Shown in pieces: positions 63,413-64,000 of a stretch of 64,000 nt of DNA. Each line of letters begins with the position of its first letter. Within the stretch, counting starts at the first letter, position 1. The notes below the pieces were generated by a model, which was given only the letters and a program-made list of their open reading frames with translations, was not told where the DNA came from and ran no database searches. This DNA comes from an uncultured delta proteobacterium. GTDB taxonomy: Bacteria; Desulfobacterota; Syntrophobacteria; Syntrophobacterales; Syntrophobacteraceae. The DNA lies in NCBI GenBank assembly GCA_963808625.1, contig CAWEHK010000008.1:96001-160000 (forward strand). Reading direction: 5' to 3'. The translations under genes were made by a program, and so were the position numbers.

Positions 63413-64000
63413 TCATACGAGCTTCAAAACTGCCGCCGTCACCAGCAAATTGACCAGCGCCAGGGGAATCATGACCTTCCAGGAAAAATTCATCAGTTGA
63501 TCGAAACGCAGCCGGGGAAAGGTCCATCGCACCCACATGATCACGAAGATCAGGATATAGGTTTTGACCAAAAACCAGACGACACCGGGAATTCCCAGCG
63601 AAAAGCCAAAAGGCCCTTGCCAGCCGCCGAAGAACAGGCTGGTTGCCACCGCGCTCACAATGAACATATTGGTGTATTCGGCAAGGAAGAATAAACCGAA
63701 GCGCATGCCGGTGTACTCGGTATGGAACCCCGCCACCAGTTCCGATTCGGCCTCCGGAATATCGAACGGGGCCCGGTTGGTTTCCGCCGTCGCGCAGATG
63801 AGGTAGATCAGCCCCGCGACAGGCTGCAGAAAAATGAACCAGACTCTTCCCTGGGCTTGAACGATATCGGAAAAGCGCAAGGAGTTGACCATCAGCACGA
63901 CGCTCAGAACCGCAAGGAGCAGGGGAATTTCGTAGGCTACATTTTGAGCCACCGAGCGGATCGCCCCGAGGAGAGCATACTTGTTGTTGGCGGCCCAGCC
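63413..64000 (-). CDS. nuoH: NADH-quinone oxidoreductase subunit H (5' part outside window)
   Basis: [49 protein letters not shown] and PRLRFDQLM. Confidence 0.95.
   Translation of the reverse strand, partial: GWAANNKYALLGAIRSVAQNVAYEIPLLLAVLSVVLMVNSLRFSDIVQAQGRVWFIFLQPVAGLIYLICATAETNRAPFDIPEAESELVAGFHTEYTGMRFGLFFLAEYTNMFIVSAVATSLFFGGWQGPFGFSLGIPGVVWFLVKTYILIFVIMWVRWTFPRLRFDQLMNFSWKVMIPLALVNLLVTAAVLKLV

Overview
This 64 kb window is from a fairly GC-rich anaerobe whose gene content resembles Desulfobacterota/Syntrophobacterales (inferred from gene families only). Many otherwise intact genes are broken by 1-nt indels, which suggests an imperfectly polished long-read assembly. From left to right it holds: the 3' end of rtcA and an archaeal-type FAU-1/DUF402 gene; a DUF2760 plus two atypical Hsp70 genes; small metabolic and regulatory genes with a NarL-type two-component pair; a ~2,900 aa SBBP/PKD/Calx-beta surface protein; two paralogous secreted Cys-paired propeller-like proteins; and a Mo/W homeostasis cluster (MOT1-type transporter, TunR-like recombinase-fold/TOBE regulator with an 11-6-11 operator palindrome, Mo storage protein, TupA-like binding protein). 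Next is an accessory island at ~38.1-46.7 kb. It carries a TIR-STAND-TM-WD40x14 NLR-like gene, dctA and serine-recombinase remnants, and a two-gene unit that only appears when frameshifts are stitched together: a metacaspase followed by a Macro-STAND NTPase-CHAT protease fusion. That unit is the best candidate for an undescribed immune or cell-death system. The rest comprises a serine hydrolase locus with a scrambled partial duplicate, a probable DUF1573 selenoprotein hidden by an in-frame TGA, and a complex I-like operon (nuoH-I-J-K-L-M-N, a flavin-less NuoF-like subunit and a NuoG/FdhA-like subunit). At least three families of intergenic palindromic repeats occur. No rRNA, tRNA or CRISPR array was seen.
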